Below are positions 36,905 to 46,177 of a stretch of 64,000 nucleotides of DNA, in pieces (position 1 is the first letter of the stretch; each line of letters starts with the position of its first letter). The stretch comes from an uncultured Gammaproteobacteria bacterium (GTDB lineage Bacteria; Patescibacteriota; Microgenomatia; JAMCZE01). The notes beneath the pieces are model-generated. The model was not told where the DNA came from and ran no database searches. It saw only the letters and a list, made by a program, of their open reading frames with translations. The stretch spans positions 98,345 through 162,344 of the forward strand of contig CAZNUP010000001.1 in the NCBI GenBank assembly GCA_964576435.1. Reading direction: 5' to 3'. Both the position numbers and the translations under genes were made by a program.

Positions 36905-37227
36905 TTGGCGCCATACTTTTTGTTCTAATAGCCCTCTGGTTTTTAGGTTTTGTTAATCTACCGTTTTTCCCAATCGCCAACACCACCCTTATAACTCTTC
37001 TGGGAATCCCAATAACCCTATATGACATTCTAGTTTTCTTGGTTATTATTTGGTTAATTGGTATTTTGCCAAGACCATTTAGGATGGTTGCCACAGTCCT
37101 CTTAGGTCTTTGGCTCCTATCATTTTTTGGTCTGATAAGTATTGCCGGTATTTCACTACCAAATATTGTTGTTCTAGTAATTATCTTTAGTCTCGTCTAT
37201 TATCTACTAACTCAGAAATCCGAATGA
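36901..37227 (+). CDS. Hypothetical small membrane protein (3 TM)
   Basis: Hydrophobic ORF coupled by ATGA overlaps to both neighbours. Confidence 0.35.
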   Translation: MIGAILFVLIALWFLGFVNLPFFPIANTTLITLLGIPITLYDILVFLVIIWLIGILPRPFRMVATVLLGLWLLSFFGLISIAGISLPNIVVLVIIFSLVYYLLTQKSE

Positions 37228-37913
37228 AAAATAGTTGGCCCATTATTGGAATTGTCGCCGTAATAATCTTAGCTATTTGCGGTTTCCTATTTTTCCAAAC
37301 TCAAGGTTCCCAGCCTCAATCGTCTAGTCTTTCTAACTACAGCACAAATCAAAATCCTATTGTCACTCCTGAAGTTTCCCAGGTTGTCATTAGGAATGAA
37401 AATAGCGATAATAAAGACATGCCAGCAATGGAAATTGACCAGTCAAAATCTTATGTAGCAGTCTTAAAAACAACAGATGGGGATATCACCATTGCTTTAA
37501 ACGCTAAACAAACTCCAATTACAGTAAATAATTTCGTTACCCTAGCCAAAAAGAACTTTTACGATAACACCATTTTCCATAGAACCATTAAAGGTTTTAT
37601 GATCCAAGGTGGCGATCCAACAGGAACTGGAACTGGTGGTCCAGGTTATAAATTTGATGATGAGCCATTTACGGGTGAGTACACTAAAGGCACGGTAGCG
37701 ATGGCCAATGCTGGCCCAAACACAAATGGTAGTCAGTTCTTCATTATGCATGGTGACATGGCTCTTCCAAAAAACTACGTCATCTTTGGAAAAGTAACTA
37801 GTGGGATGGATGTTGTTGATAAAATTGCCACTGCTCCAACAGAACCAGGTGGGGAAGGGTCTTCTCCAGTTAACCCAGTTAAGATAACTTCGGTAACAAT
37901 CGAAGAAAAATAA
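37224..37913 (+). CDS. Cyclophilin-type peptidyl-prolyl cis-trans isomerase, membrane-anchored
   Basis: 'FHRTIKGFMIQGGDPTGTGTGGPGYKFDDE...MANAGPNTNGSQFFI' is the cyclophilin signature. N-terminal TM helix. Confidence 0.85.
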   Translation: MKNSWPIIGIVAVIILAICGFLFFQTQGSQPQSSSLSNYSTNQNPIVTPEVSQVVIRNENSDNKDMPAMEIDQSKSYVAVLKTTDGDITIALNAKQTPITVNNFVTLAKKNFYDNTIFHRTIKGFMIQGGDPTGTGTGGPGYKFDDEPFTGEYTKGTVAMANAGPNTNGSQFFIMHGDMALPKNYVIFGKVTSGMDVVDKIATAPTEPGGEGSSPVNPVKITSVTIEEK

Positions 37914-37915
37914 AA

Positions 37916-38398
37916 TTAGTGATCTCTTTTATTTGCAGTCTTCACTAGTCTTGCACTATAAACAATCTCCCGAAGCTCTCCTTCAGCATCTTCAAATTCC
38001 CGGGAGCCTGTAATTTTGGCATATTCCTGTAAATAGCTTGATAGTGCTTCTCGCATATCTTTAACTGACTGACTCATTTCTTTAACTTTTTCGGCTAGTT
38101 CCTTAAGAGTCGGTTGTTTTAAGATTTGTTGTTTAGTCGAATTTCTGATCTTAACTACTTCTTTAACTTTCTCTTCATGTTCCCTATAGGTGGGATCATT
38201 TGCAAATGCGTCAGTAAGCATTTGCTTGTGAGCCTTCATTTCTTCTTGTGCTCTATCTAAGTTTCCAATGTAACTTTGAATCAGATTGGTAATAGTAATT
38301 AAATCGTTAGCAGCTCCACTATCTTGAACTGGTTCAGAAACCTCTTGAACGGTTTCGACTACTTCGCCCTCAACAATTTTTTTATCGTCTGGATCCAT
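37916..38398 (-). CDS. Hypothetical coiled-coil protein (start trimmed to the internal Met 'MDPDDKK')
   Basis: ORF with helical composition. The first 19 codons of the track ORF look like an unlikely hydrophobic leader. Confidence 0.35.
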   Translation of the reverse strand: MDPDDKKIVEGEVVETVQEVSEPVQDSGAANDLITITNLIQSYIGNLDRAQEEMKAHKQMLTDAFANDPTYREHEEKVKEVVKIRNSTKQQILKQPTLKELAEKVKEMSQSVKDMREALSSYLQEYAKITGSREFEDAEGELREIVYSARLVKTANKRDH

Positions 38399-38428
38399 AG
38401 AGCTAAAATATATTACAATTGAATAAGA

Positions 38429-38716
38429 ATGAGCAAGTATCAAAAATATTACCAACTAATGTTAGAGCAAAACACTGAGCTTTTTGCCAATTTTAAGGTG
38501 ATTCATGATAAATACGCAACTGATGCTGTAAAATATCAAAAGGAATTAAATGACATAGGACGAGATGTTCAAGATGTAATAAGGGATTGGGAAGGTAGAC
38601 TTTGTGGCCATTCTGAGAATAGTGGCTACGGGAAATTTTCGACTAGTCTATCGGACAAATTTTGGGACGAAGTAAGAAAGTCATTTCCAAAGGTAGACCA
38701 CATTGGCCTCCTATAG
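38429..38716 (+). CDS. Hypothetical protein
   Basis: ORF only. Confidence 0.3.
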   Translation: MSKYQKYYQLMLEQNTELFANFKVIHDKYATDAVKYQKELNDIGRDVQDVIRDWEGRLCGHSENSGYGKFSTSLSDKFWDEVRKSFPKVDHIGLL

Positions 38717-38736
38717 ATTACTAAAAATAACGAGTT

Positions 38737-40149
38737 ATGATTCAAAAGAAAACAAAAATTGTTGCCACCTTAGGTCCTGCCACTGTTGACTCAAAAACAA
38801 TTGAAGAACTAGCCAAAGCTGGTATGAATGTTGCTAGGCTCAACTTTTCTCATGGCACTCATGAGCAAATGGCCACTTTTATTCAAACTGTACGAAAAAT
38901 ATCACAAGATCTAAATTTACCTCTCGCAGTTCTTGCTGACCTTCAAGGTCCCAAAATGCGTCTTGGCAAATTTGAGGGGAAAAGAACACTAACTAAAGGA
39001 AAAACAGTATCACTTTCAATTAGTCCAAAAGGTGACGAACTCCCAATCCAGTTTGATTTGTCCCGCTTTGTAGTTGAAGGTCAACGCATTTTTATAAACG
39101 ACGGCCTAATTGAATTAGTAGTCACAAAAGTTGATGGTCAGACAATTGAAACTGACATCAAAAGTACTGGAGAAGTATCCTCAAATAAAGGCCTAAACAT
39201 CCCAGATACAAAAATTGGAGTAGCCGCTTTTACAGATAAAGACAAAGCAGATGCCGAGTTTTCCTTAAAGCAAGGCGTCGACTATGTGGCCTTGTCTTTT
39301 GTCGAATCAGGGACTGATTTAGACCCTCTTAAAGAAATGATTGCACGATTAAGTCCTGATACTAAAACCATAGTTAAAATAGAACGCCGTGAAGCTCTTG
39401 TCAATCTTGACTCCATTTTAGCTGCAGCGGACGCAGTCATGGTGGCCCGTGGTGATTTAGCAACCGAGACCTCTCCAGCAGAAATTCCAGTTTTCCAACA
39501 AAAAATTATCAGATTAGCAAGACAAGCACACAAGCCGGTGATAGTTGCTACTCAAATGCTTGAATCAATGACGGAAAACCCAAGGCCAACCAGAGCCGAA
39601 GCATCAGATGTGGCGAATGCCGTTTTTATTCAAGCTGACGCTGTAATGCTTTCAGCCGAATCCGCCTCAGGCAAGTACCCTGTTGAAGCGGTCCAAACCA
39701 TGACCGACATCATAACTTCAGTTGAAGAACATCCAGATTTCAAACAATACATCAAGATTAATTGGGACACATTTATTGGCAAAAATTTGGAGATGGGCGC
39801 CATTGCCTCATCTGCTGCAGCCCTCGCCTATAGATTAAATTCCCCGTTGATTGCAGTCGCAACTGCAACAGGCAGAACCGCCAGTTTAATTTCTTCATTT
39901 AGGCCGAGTGCAAATATTGTTGCGATAACTCATGATGACAAAACTAAAAACCAATTAGCTCTATTCTGGGGTGTAACGCCAGTTGTCGTTAAACCTGTAC
40001 CAGAAACAGATATATTTTGGCAAAACATACTGACGACCATTTCTGAAGGGAATTATATTGAAAAAGAGAACACCATTGTTCTTGTGGGTGGTAGTGGAAA
40101 TATCGGTGTTTCAGGTGCCACCGACACCATAAAAATTGTTCGGGTCTAG
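38737..40149 (+). CDS. pyk: Pyruvate kinase
   Basis: 'KIVATLGPATVDSKTIEELAKAGMNVARLNFSHGTHEQ' and 'MVARGDLATE' are diagnostic. Confidence 0.9.
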   Translation: MIQKKTKIVATLGPATVDSKTIEELAKAGMNVARLNFSHGTHEQMATFIQTVRKISQDLNLPLAVLADLQGPKMRLGKFEGKRTLTKGKTVSLSISPKGDELPIQFDLSRFVVEGQRIFINDGLIELVVTKVDGQTIETDIKSTGEVSSNKGLNIPDTKIGVAAFTDKDKADAEFSLKQGVDYVALSFVESGTDLDPLKEMIARLSPDTKTIVKIERREALVNLDSILAAADAVMVARGDLATETSPAEIPVFQQKIIRLARQAHKPVIVATQMLESMTENPRPTRAEASDVANAVFIQADAVMLSAESASGKYPVEAVQTMTDIITSVEEHPDFKQYIKINWDTFIGKNLEMGAIASSAAALAYRLNSPLIAVATATGRTASLISSFRPSANIVAITHDDKTKNQLALFWGVTPVVVKPVPETDIFWQNILTTISEGNYIEKENTIVLVGGSGNIGVSGATDTIKIVRV

Positions 40150-41236
40150 TCTTTTGGTGTATTATAAAAGTGTGCTGTCCAACAAATTTATTCTCCATTT
40201 GTCTGACATAACCCCAACCGACAAACATCTTGTAGGTAGTGACATTTTGTATCTAGCAACTCTTAAGGAATCAGGATTCAATGTTTCAGATGGATTCGTG
40301 CTAACTACTAACTTTTTTGATCATTTTCTAAAATCAAATAAACTTGATCAAAAAATTAACACCATTTTAAATTTACAAAACAACACTGATCCACAAGACA
40401 AACTCCTAAAATCCCTTGAGGTTAAAAGGTTGATAGAGGAATCTCATTTCCCCAAAGATCTAGAAAATGAGCTCTTAACAAGTTTTTTGTCTCTTGGCTC
40501 TGGAAGCCTCATTGCCAAAGATGTTTATGGACATAAAGTTGAGATTCAAGGTGAATCAAACTTGGCGGAATTTATTAAGTCTCATTATAAGAGGCAATTC
40601 GATCCAGATTACACAAAAAAACCCTATCTTTTGATTCAGAAAAAACTTCCAGCAACTAACTTTGTTGAAATACATTCTTTCGACACAAATACTCTTGATA
40701 AAACCAAGGTAATTTTTAAATCAGAATCCGACATAAAAATTATAGACCGCATAAATCCGGGAGATGTTAATGCTTTTGTTGAAACTTTCCTACAGTTAGA
40801 ACGCCACTATTTTTTCCCTCTTAAAGCTAAGTTTGAACTTGTTAAAGGTTTAATCTATTTAACAGACATTTCCCCCTTAACATTCGTTTCCCCAAAGGAG
40901 TCTATAAAGCGGCCAGAACTAGAATCAACTAAAACTAATGAAGCTAAAAATGTTTTCCGCGGTATCCCCACGAGTCCAGGTAGAAAAACTGCTCCAGTAA
41001 GACTTGGCAAGCCATTAAGTCATGGCGATATTCTTTATGTCGAAGAAACAAATAACACCTTGCTAGTCGAAATGCACAAAGCCTCAGCAATAATCACAAG
41101 AAAAGGTCACAAACACTCTCATGCAGCAGTTTTTGCAAAGAAAAGAGGAATTCCCTCGCTAGTAATTGAAGACATAACATTAAAAAATGGTCAGGTTATA
41201 ACAGTTGATGGAATAACAGGGGAGGTGATAACTTGA
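40136..41236 (+). CDS. PEP-utilizing enzyme-like protein: ATP-grasp-like N-terminal domain plus phospho-histidine swivel (mobile) domain; lacks the C-terminal PEP-binding TIM barrel
   Basis: 'GIPTSPGRKTAPVRLG...ILYVEETNNTLLVEMHKASAIITRKGHKHSHAAVFAKKRGIPSLV' matches the PEP-utilizers mobile domain (GGxTSHAAIxAREhGIP). Overlaps the pyk 3' end by 14 nt. Confidence 0.55.
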   Translation: MFGSSLLVYYKSVLSNKFILHLSDITPTDKHLVGSDILYLATLKESGFNVSDGFVLTTNFFDHFLKSNKLDQKINTILNLQNNTDPQDKLLKSLEVKRLIEESHFPKDLENELLTSFLSLGSGSLIAKDVYGHKVEIQGESNLAEFIKSHYKRQFDPDYTKKPYLLIQKKLPATNFVEIHSFDTNTLDKTKVIFKSESDIKIIDRINPGDVNAFVETFLQLERHYFFPLKAKFELVKGLIYLTDISPLTFVSPKESIKRPELESTKTNEAKNVFRGIPTSPGRKTAPVRLGKPLSHGDILYVEETNNTLLVEMHKASAIITRKGHKHSHAAVFAKKRGIPSLVIEDITLKNGQVITVDGITGEVIT

Positions 41237-41436
41237 AATCCGTAAAATATCTTCATAAATATTTCTCTGAGCATATTTGGTATGCTAAGCTTGTTTACAT
41301 TCTAGCAGGCATGGGTCTTGGAGTTTTAATAGTCTATCCAATTGTTGGTGTTCATCCAGTCCGTTGGGGTATTGGCCTTTTAGTTATTGCAGCCATTCTC
41401 CAATTCCTGCCTCTTTTAATGAAAGGTAAGAAGTAA
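41233..41436 (+). CDS. Hypothetical small two-TM membrane protein
   Basis: Hydrophobic ORF with ATGA overlap. Confidence 0.3.
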   Translation: MKSVKYLHKYFSEHIWYAKLVYILAGMGLGVLIVYPIVGVHPVRWGIGLLVIAAILQFLPLLMKGKK

Positions 41437-42120
41437 GTGGTAAAGTCAAAAACACCTGAAAATAGGTTGCGAGACATAATTCTCGGCGGCCAGGATGGCT
41501 TAGTTAATGTTCTTGGTATTGTTCTTGGTGTTGCTGTTGCAACTAACGATATTGGCATTTTAATTACAGCAGCTCTCTCGGCAGCTTTTGCCGAGGCAAT
41601 CTCCATGGGGGCAGTTGCTTATACATCGGAAATTTCCGATCACGACAGATATTTGAAAGAAAGAACTAAAGAACTAAAAGGAACTGAAACTAATCCCGAA
41701 GAAGAAAAAGCTGAAATCAGGGAAATCTATATGGCAAAAGGTTTTTCCGGAAAGATTCTTGACGACATTGTTGAAACGATTACCTCAAATAAAAAAGTTT
41801 GGGTCGACACCATGATGGAAGAAGAACTAAAGATTCAGGATATTTCGCCAAAAACTGTTTTTCTTTCCTCAACTGTTGTAGGTATCGCTTCTCTCATCGG
41901 AGCATTAATTCCGGTCATTCCATTTTTTATATTCCCAAAAGATCAAGCAATTCCAATTTCTTTAGTCTTAAGTTGTGTTGCACTCTTCAGTGTTGGTGTC
42001 TATGAAGCAAAAACCTATGTAGGTGTTTGGTGGAAGAACGGCTTAAGGATCAGTCTAATTGGTATGGGCGCTGCTGCAGCTGGCTACGCAATTGGCTTAA
42101 TCTTCGGGTCTCAATTTTAG
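41437..42120 (+). CDS. VIT1/CCC1-family iron/manganese transporter (GTG start)
   Basis: 'ILGGQDGLVNVLGIVLGVAVA' is the VIT-family N-terminal motif. C-terminal TM helices. Confidence 0.7.
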   Translation: MVKSKTPENRLRDIILGGQDGLVNVLGIVLGVAVATNDIGILITAALSAAFAEAISMGAVAYTSEISDHDRYLKERTKELKGTETNPEEEKAEIREIYMAKGFSGKILDDIVETITSNKKVWVDTMMEEELKIQDISPKTVFLSSTVVGIASLIGALIPVIPFFIFPKDQAIPISLVLSCVALFSVGVYEAKTYVGVWWKNGLRISLIGMGAAAAGYAIGLIFGSQF

Positions 42121-42155
42121 TAAAGTCGACTTTACTAGACTTTCTTTAAAATTAG

Positions 42156-42863
42156 TTGAAAATACGAGTCATGGAACTAAAAATTCATGACTTTCAAATA
42201 TTAATTCTGAGAGAACTACTTTTTAAACCAGGTGCACGGTTTAGTGATCTTAAGAAAGTCGATGTCACCAATGACCATTTTTCCTTTCATATAAACCATC
42301 TTCTAAAAGAAAACCTAATTAAAAAAGAAAATGGGAAATATTTCTTAACTACCGAAGGTAAGGAGTTTGCAAACCGCATGGATACTGACTCCTTAAAGCT
42401 AGAAAAGCAAGGAAAGTTGGCAATTGCTATCCATGCTGTCCGAACTAAAGACGGCAAAAAAGAATACCTGATTCACAAAAGACTAAAGGAACCATTTTTT
42501 GGTTGGTATGGTTCCCAAAGTGGCAAAATTCGTTGGGGAGAAAATCCGCTTGACTGTGCCAAAAGAGAATTCCTTGAGGAGACAGGGCTGACTGGCGATT
42601 TTACATTGAAGAAAATCCACCACGATTTTGTTTTAGATAAATCAGGCAAAATTTTAGAAGATAAATATTTCTGGGTTTATCGTGTGGACAATGTTAGTGG
42701 AAAGTTAAAGGAAAAGATTAAAGAAGGAGAAAATATATGGGTAACAAAAGAACAATATAAAAAACTAAAAAATGTATTTGCTTCTTTTGAATCAATGTCA
42801 GAAACCATTGAAAGCGACATTCTATTTTATTCAGATAAAACTTCAGTAGCTGATAAATTCTAA
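42156..42863 (+). CDS. Winged-helix (HTH) domain fused to a NUDIX hydrolase domain
   Basis: N-terminal 'ILILRELLFKPGARFSDLKKV...HINHLLKENLIKKENGKYFLTTEG' is wHTH-like. Nudix box 'GSQSGKIRWGENPLDCAKREFLEETGL'. Confidence 0.6.
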   Translation: MKIRVMELKIHDFQILILRELLFKPGARFSDLKKVDVTNDHFSFHINHLLKENLIKKENGKYFLTTEGKEFANRMDTDSLKLEKQGKLAIAIHAVRTKDGKKEYLIHKRLKEPFFGWYGSQSGKIRWGENPLDCAKREFLEETGLTGDFTLKKIHHDFVLDKSGKILEDKYFWVYRVDNVSGKLKEKIKEGENIWVTKEQYKKLKNVFASFESMSETIESDILFYSDKTSVADKF

Positions 42864-42875
42864 ATTGGACTAACT

Positions 42876-43814
42876 CTATTGAAGTAATTTCTTCAATTTT
42901 TCCAAAGCATCAAAGTCGTGAATTGAAACCGGTAGTACTTTTTTCTTTGTAGCTTTCAAAATCTCAATTTTTTTCTCAACTTCTTCTTTTGAAACCATAT
43001 CAGTCTTTGTTAAAAGGATTATTTCTCTCTTTTTAACCATTTCAGGATTAAAGCTCTTAAGTTCATTTCTAATAACTTTATAATCTCCAATCGGGTCTTC
43101 ACTTGTTGCCGCGATGCAGTGGAGAAGAACAGGAACTTTTTCAATATGCTTCAAAAATTTTATCCCTAAACCCTTTCCCAGTGATGCTCCCTCAATAAGG
43201 CCCGGGATATCAGCAAGAACTTTTGTGTTAAATACTCCAAGATTTGGTTCAAGTGTTGTGAATGGATAATCAGCTGTTTTTACATTTGCTGCAGTCAGTT
43301 CATTAAGTAAACTACTTTTTCCAGCATTAGGAAGTCCAATAAAACCAAAATCAGCAATGTATTTAAGGGCTAGATCTAAATCTCGCCTTTTTCCAGGAAG
43401 TCCAACTTGTGCTTTCATTGGCGTTGTATTTCTGGCTGAGCGCAATTGATAATTTCCAAGCCCTCCAAGTCCACCCTGACAAATTAGAAGTCGTTCATCA
43501 TTCCTGTCAAAACTCCACACCTCTCCAGTCTGAATATCAGTCATTTCAGTCCCTGCAGGAACTACAATTTCTAAATCATTAGCATTCCGTCCCGATTTTT
43601 GATTGCTCATTCCCATTTGTCCATCTTCTGCTTTAAAGTAGGTTTGCCCCTTGAATCTGCTAAGTGCTGTTAAGTCAGAAACAACTCGAATATAAACATC
43701 CCCACCACGTCCTCCATTTCCTCCGTCTGGTCCAATGCCTTTTTTGAAAAACGACACCTTCCCAGGTCCTCCATGACCTGCTTCGAGTGTAATTTGCGCT
43801 TCATCAACTAACAT
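42876..43814 (-). CDS. obg: GTPase Obg (short form lacking the C-terminal OCT/TGS extension)
   Basis: Obg fold glycine-rich N-terminus 'GHGGPGKVSFFKKGIGPDGGNGGRGGDVY'. G1 'GLPNAGKSSLL', G3 'DIPGLIEGA'. Confidence 0.85.
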   Translation of the reverse strand: MLVDEAQITLEAGHGGPGKVSFFKKGIGPDGGNGGRGGDVYIRVVSDLTALSRFKGQTYFKAEDGQMGMSNQKSGRNANDLEIVVPAGTEMTDIQTGEVWSFDRNDERLLICQGGLGGLGNYQLRSARNTTPMKAQVGLPGKRRDLDLALKYIADFGFIGLPNAGKSSLLNELTAANVKTADYPFTTLEPNLGVFNTKVLADIPGLIEGASLGKGLGIKFLKHIEKVPVLLHCIAATSEDPIGDYKVIRNELKSFNPEMVKKREIILLTKTDMVSKEEVEKKIEILKATKKKVLPVSIHDFDALEKLKKLLQ

Positions 43815-43924
43815 ATATAGGTATTTTACTCTATTTGAAACTTATAGTGACAAATTGTGGTTAAAGCCACAAAAAATCAAATACCAATTGTTAATACGCT
43901 TTATCTGTGATAAAGTGTTAGTAC

Positions 43925-44203
43925 TTGATTACACAAACTTCTTCTTTTGTTAATCCCTGCCCCCGGTGCGGAAAAGCTCGTGTCACCGGTAAGACTTGGA
44001 CGGAAGAGATCACCACTCTTTCGGGTGTTTCTCTTGTGACCCACACTCAAACTCTTTGCCCAGATGATGCCTGTCAAAAGCTGGTTGAAGAAAAGTTCAA
44101 CTTAGAAAAAGTTAAAAGTGATCAAATCAAAGAAGCTTTTGAAAAAAGAGCCGCCGAGAAGAAAATAGCCAGAGCTAAAGCCAAAAAAACAGTCCATGCC
44201 TGA
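43925..44203 (+). CDS. Hypothetical small protein with a possible zinc ribbon (CPRC...C..C) and a basic C-terminal tail
   Basis: 'CPRCGK' ... 'CPDDAC'. Overlaps the next gene by 8 nt. Confidence 0.35.
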   Translation: MITQTSSFVNPCPRCGKARVTGKTWTEEITTLSGVSLVTHTQTLCPDDACQKLVEEKFNLEKVKSDQIKEAFEKRAAEKKIARAKAKKTVHA

Positions 44204-45278
44204 TCAGATCATTACTTGTCCTCACTGCCAACATGATTTTCCTCTCCAAGAAGCCTTCAAACATCAAATTGAAGAACAGGCTACCCTAAAAGTGCGTAAA
44301 GAAATAGAAGAAAAAACTAAGCTTGAACTAGAAGATCTTGAAAAACAACTATCAGAAAAAGATAAAAAGGTCGAAGAGATGCAAAAGTTTGAACTAGAGC
44401 TAAGAAAAGAAAAAAGACAAATTGAGGATGAGAAAAAACAACTAAAGCTGGAGGTTGAAAGACAACTAGACGAGCAAAGGAAAAAAATTGAAGAGTCAGT
44501 CACGAAACAAATTCTTGACGAACATAGACTCAAAGAAGCTGAAAAAGATAAATTGATTACTGATTTAAAAACGGCCCTTGAAGATGCCCAAAAAAAAGCT
44601 TCTCAAGGCTCACAGCAAACTCAAGGTGAAGTCCTGGAGTTAGAATTAGAAACGCTCCTAAAAAAAGAGTTTCCGCTCGACAATATAACTGAAGTAAAAA
44701 AGGGAATTAGGGGGGCTGATATTTTGCATGAAGTTGTTGATAGGAATGGCCGTGTTTGTGGAAGAATTCTTTGGGAATCCAAAAACGCTGAATGGAGTCA
44801 AACCTGGGCCCCAAAACTTAGGGAAGACCAAAGAGAAGCAAAAGCCGATTTGGCAGCTTTAGTTAGTGTCAAAATGCCAGACGGAGTAACTACATTTGTC
44901 TTTAAAGACAATGTCTGGATAACAACCCTTAATTGTTTTTTAGCTCTTGCCTACGCATTAAGGTTTAATTTAGTTCAAACTCAGCAAATTAAACTGGCAG
45001 CTTCTTCAAAAGGGGAAAAGAAAGATGAACTTTACGACTATATTACTGGCATGGAATTTAAACATAGAGTTGAATCAATGGTGGAAAGCTACACAACTCT
45101 TTTAGATGATATCGAAAAAGAAAAACGCTGGTTTACTGCTAAATGGTCGAGGCAAGAAAAAAGCTTAAGAAATCTCCTTGACCAAACAGGCTCTTTCCAT
45201 GGAGAGCTTGAATCAATAGTCGGTGCCAAACTTCCTCCGGTCAAAAATTTTTCTCTTGAAGACGGCAGCCTTGAGTAA
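44196..45278 (+). CDS. Zn-ribbon / coiled-coil / DUF2130-like C-terminal domain protein
   Basis: 'ITCPHCQHDF' zinc-ribbon half-site. About 130 aa of E/K-rich coiled coil. The globular C-terminal domain resembles DUF2130-family proteins in layout. Confidence 0.45.
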   Translation: MPDQIITCPHCQHDFPLQEAFKHQIEEQATLKVRKEIEEKTKLELEDLEKQLSEKDKKVEEMQKFELELRKEKRQIEDEKKQLKLEVERQLDEQRKKIEESVTKQILDEHRLKEAEKDKLITDLKTALEDAQKKASQGSQQTQGEVLELELETLLKKEFPLDNITEVKKGIRGADILHEVVDRNGRVCGRILWESKNAEWSQTWAPKLREDQREAKADLAALVSVKMPDGVTTFVFKDNVWITTLNCFLALAYALRFNLVQTQQIKLAASSKGEKKDELYDYITGMEFKHRVESMVESYTTLLDDIEKEKRWFTAKWSRQEKSLRNLLDQTGSFHGELESIVGAKLPPVKNFSLEDGSLE

Positions 45279-45349
45279 TGTAGATGAAGTCACATGTCAA
45301 AAAGTCGTGGGTATTTTTAACTGAAATGTAGCCAATTCTAAGTAAAAAT

Positions 45350-45961
45350 TTACTGTCCTCTAAGTAATTTTAATGCTACAGGAAAAATCTCCTTCTCCCA
45401 AAGTGCATACTCTTTGGCTGCTGGATGGAGCCCGTCATTTGAGACAAGTTCTGGATCATTTTTCATTCCTTTCGAAATTGGAAACAGATCAACAACAGGT
45501 AATCCTCGCTCCTGTCCCTCTTTAAAAATTATTTGATTATATTCCTGTATCCCTTTTTCTGTATCTTTCTCTCCAGCAAGAATCTCTCCAATTTGTGTCA
45601 CAGAAAAATCGGGGATAGTAAGAAGGATTAATTTATTAGGATCAGTTAAAACTTTTTGCATCCGGTCAATTATTGTTTTTAGATTCGCAGAAAATTCAGA
45701 AATCGAAACATCCTGCACAAAATCATTAGATCCAATTAAAAGCGTTGAAAAATTAGGGTGATATTGTTCAAAAAGAGGTAGTTCAAGTTCAATTACGTGT
45801 CCAGTCATCCACCCTGTCTTAGCTGGGTTTGCAGTTAATTCAATATCAACCCCACTTTCTTTAAGGTGAGAAGTAAGAAGAAGCGGCCAAGATTCCTCTT
45901 TAGTCGCTCCTTCACATTTTGTATATGAGTCTCCAACAGGAACAAATTTAATCATACTCAC
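45350..45961 (-). CDS. SGNH/GDSL-family hydrolase
   Basis: Block I 'FVPVGDSYT'. Block V 'DGLHP'. Confidence 0.65.
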   Translation of the reverse strand: MSMIKFVPVGDSYTKCEGATKEESWPLLLTSHLKESGVDIELTANPAKTGWMTGHVIELELPLFEQYHPNFSTLLIGSNDFVQDVSISEFSANLKTIIDRMQKVLTDPNKLILLTIPDFSVTQIGEILAGEKDTEKGIQEYNQIIFKEGQERGLPVVDLFPISKGMKNDPELVSNDGLHPAAKEYALWEKEIFPVALKLLRGQ

Positions 45962-45964
45962 AAG

Positions 45965-46177
45965 TTACATCGCTGGCCACCCAAGTGCCATCAACACCTC
46001 ATCAGCATTATTCCATGTTTTCCCAGGTTGTGTCATCATCTTCTGTTTCGCTTGATCCATAAGACCCGGATCTACATCTTTCCAGTTCTCACATGCTGCC
46101 ATTAGTTGTTCTGTTGCTGTTGGGTAAGTGACATGAGTTTTAACATGTTCAACAGCGGTTTTTACTTTGTCATCCAT
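45965..46177 (-). CDS. Hypothetical small protein
   Basis: ORF only. Overlaps msrA by 8 nt. Confidence 0.3.
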   Translation of the reverse strand: MDDKVKTAVEHVKTHVTYPTATEQLMAACENWKDVDPGLMDQAKQKMMTQPGKTWNNADEVLMALGWPAM

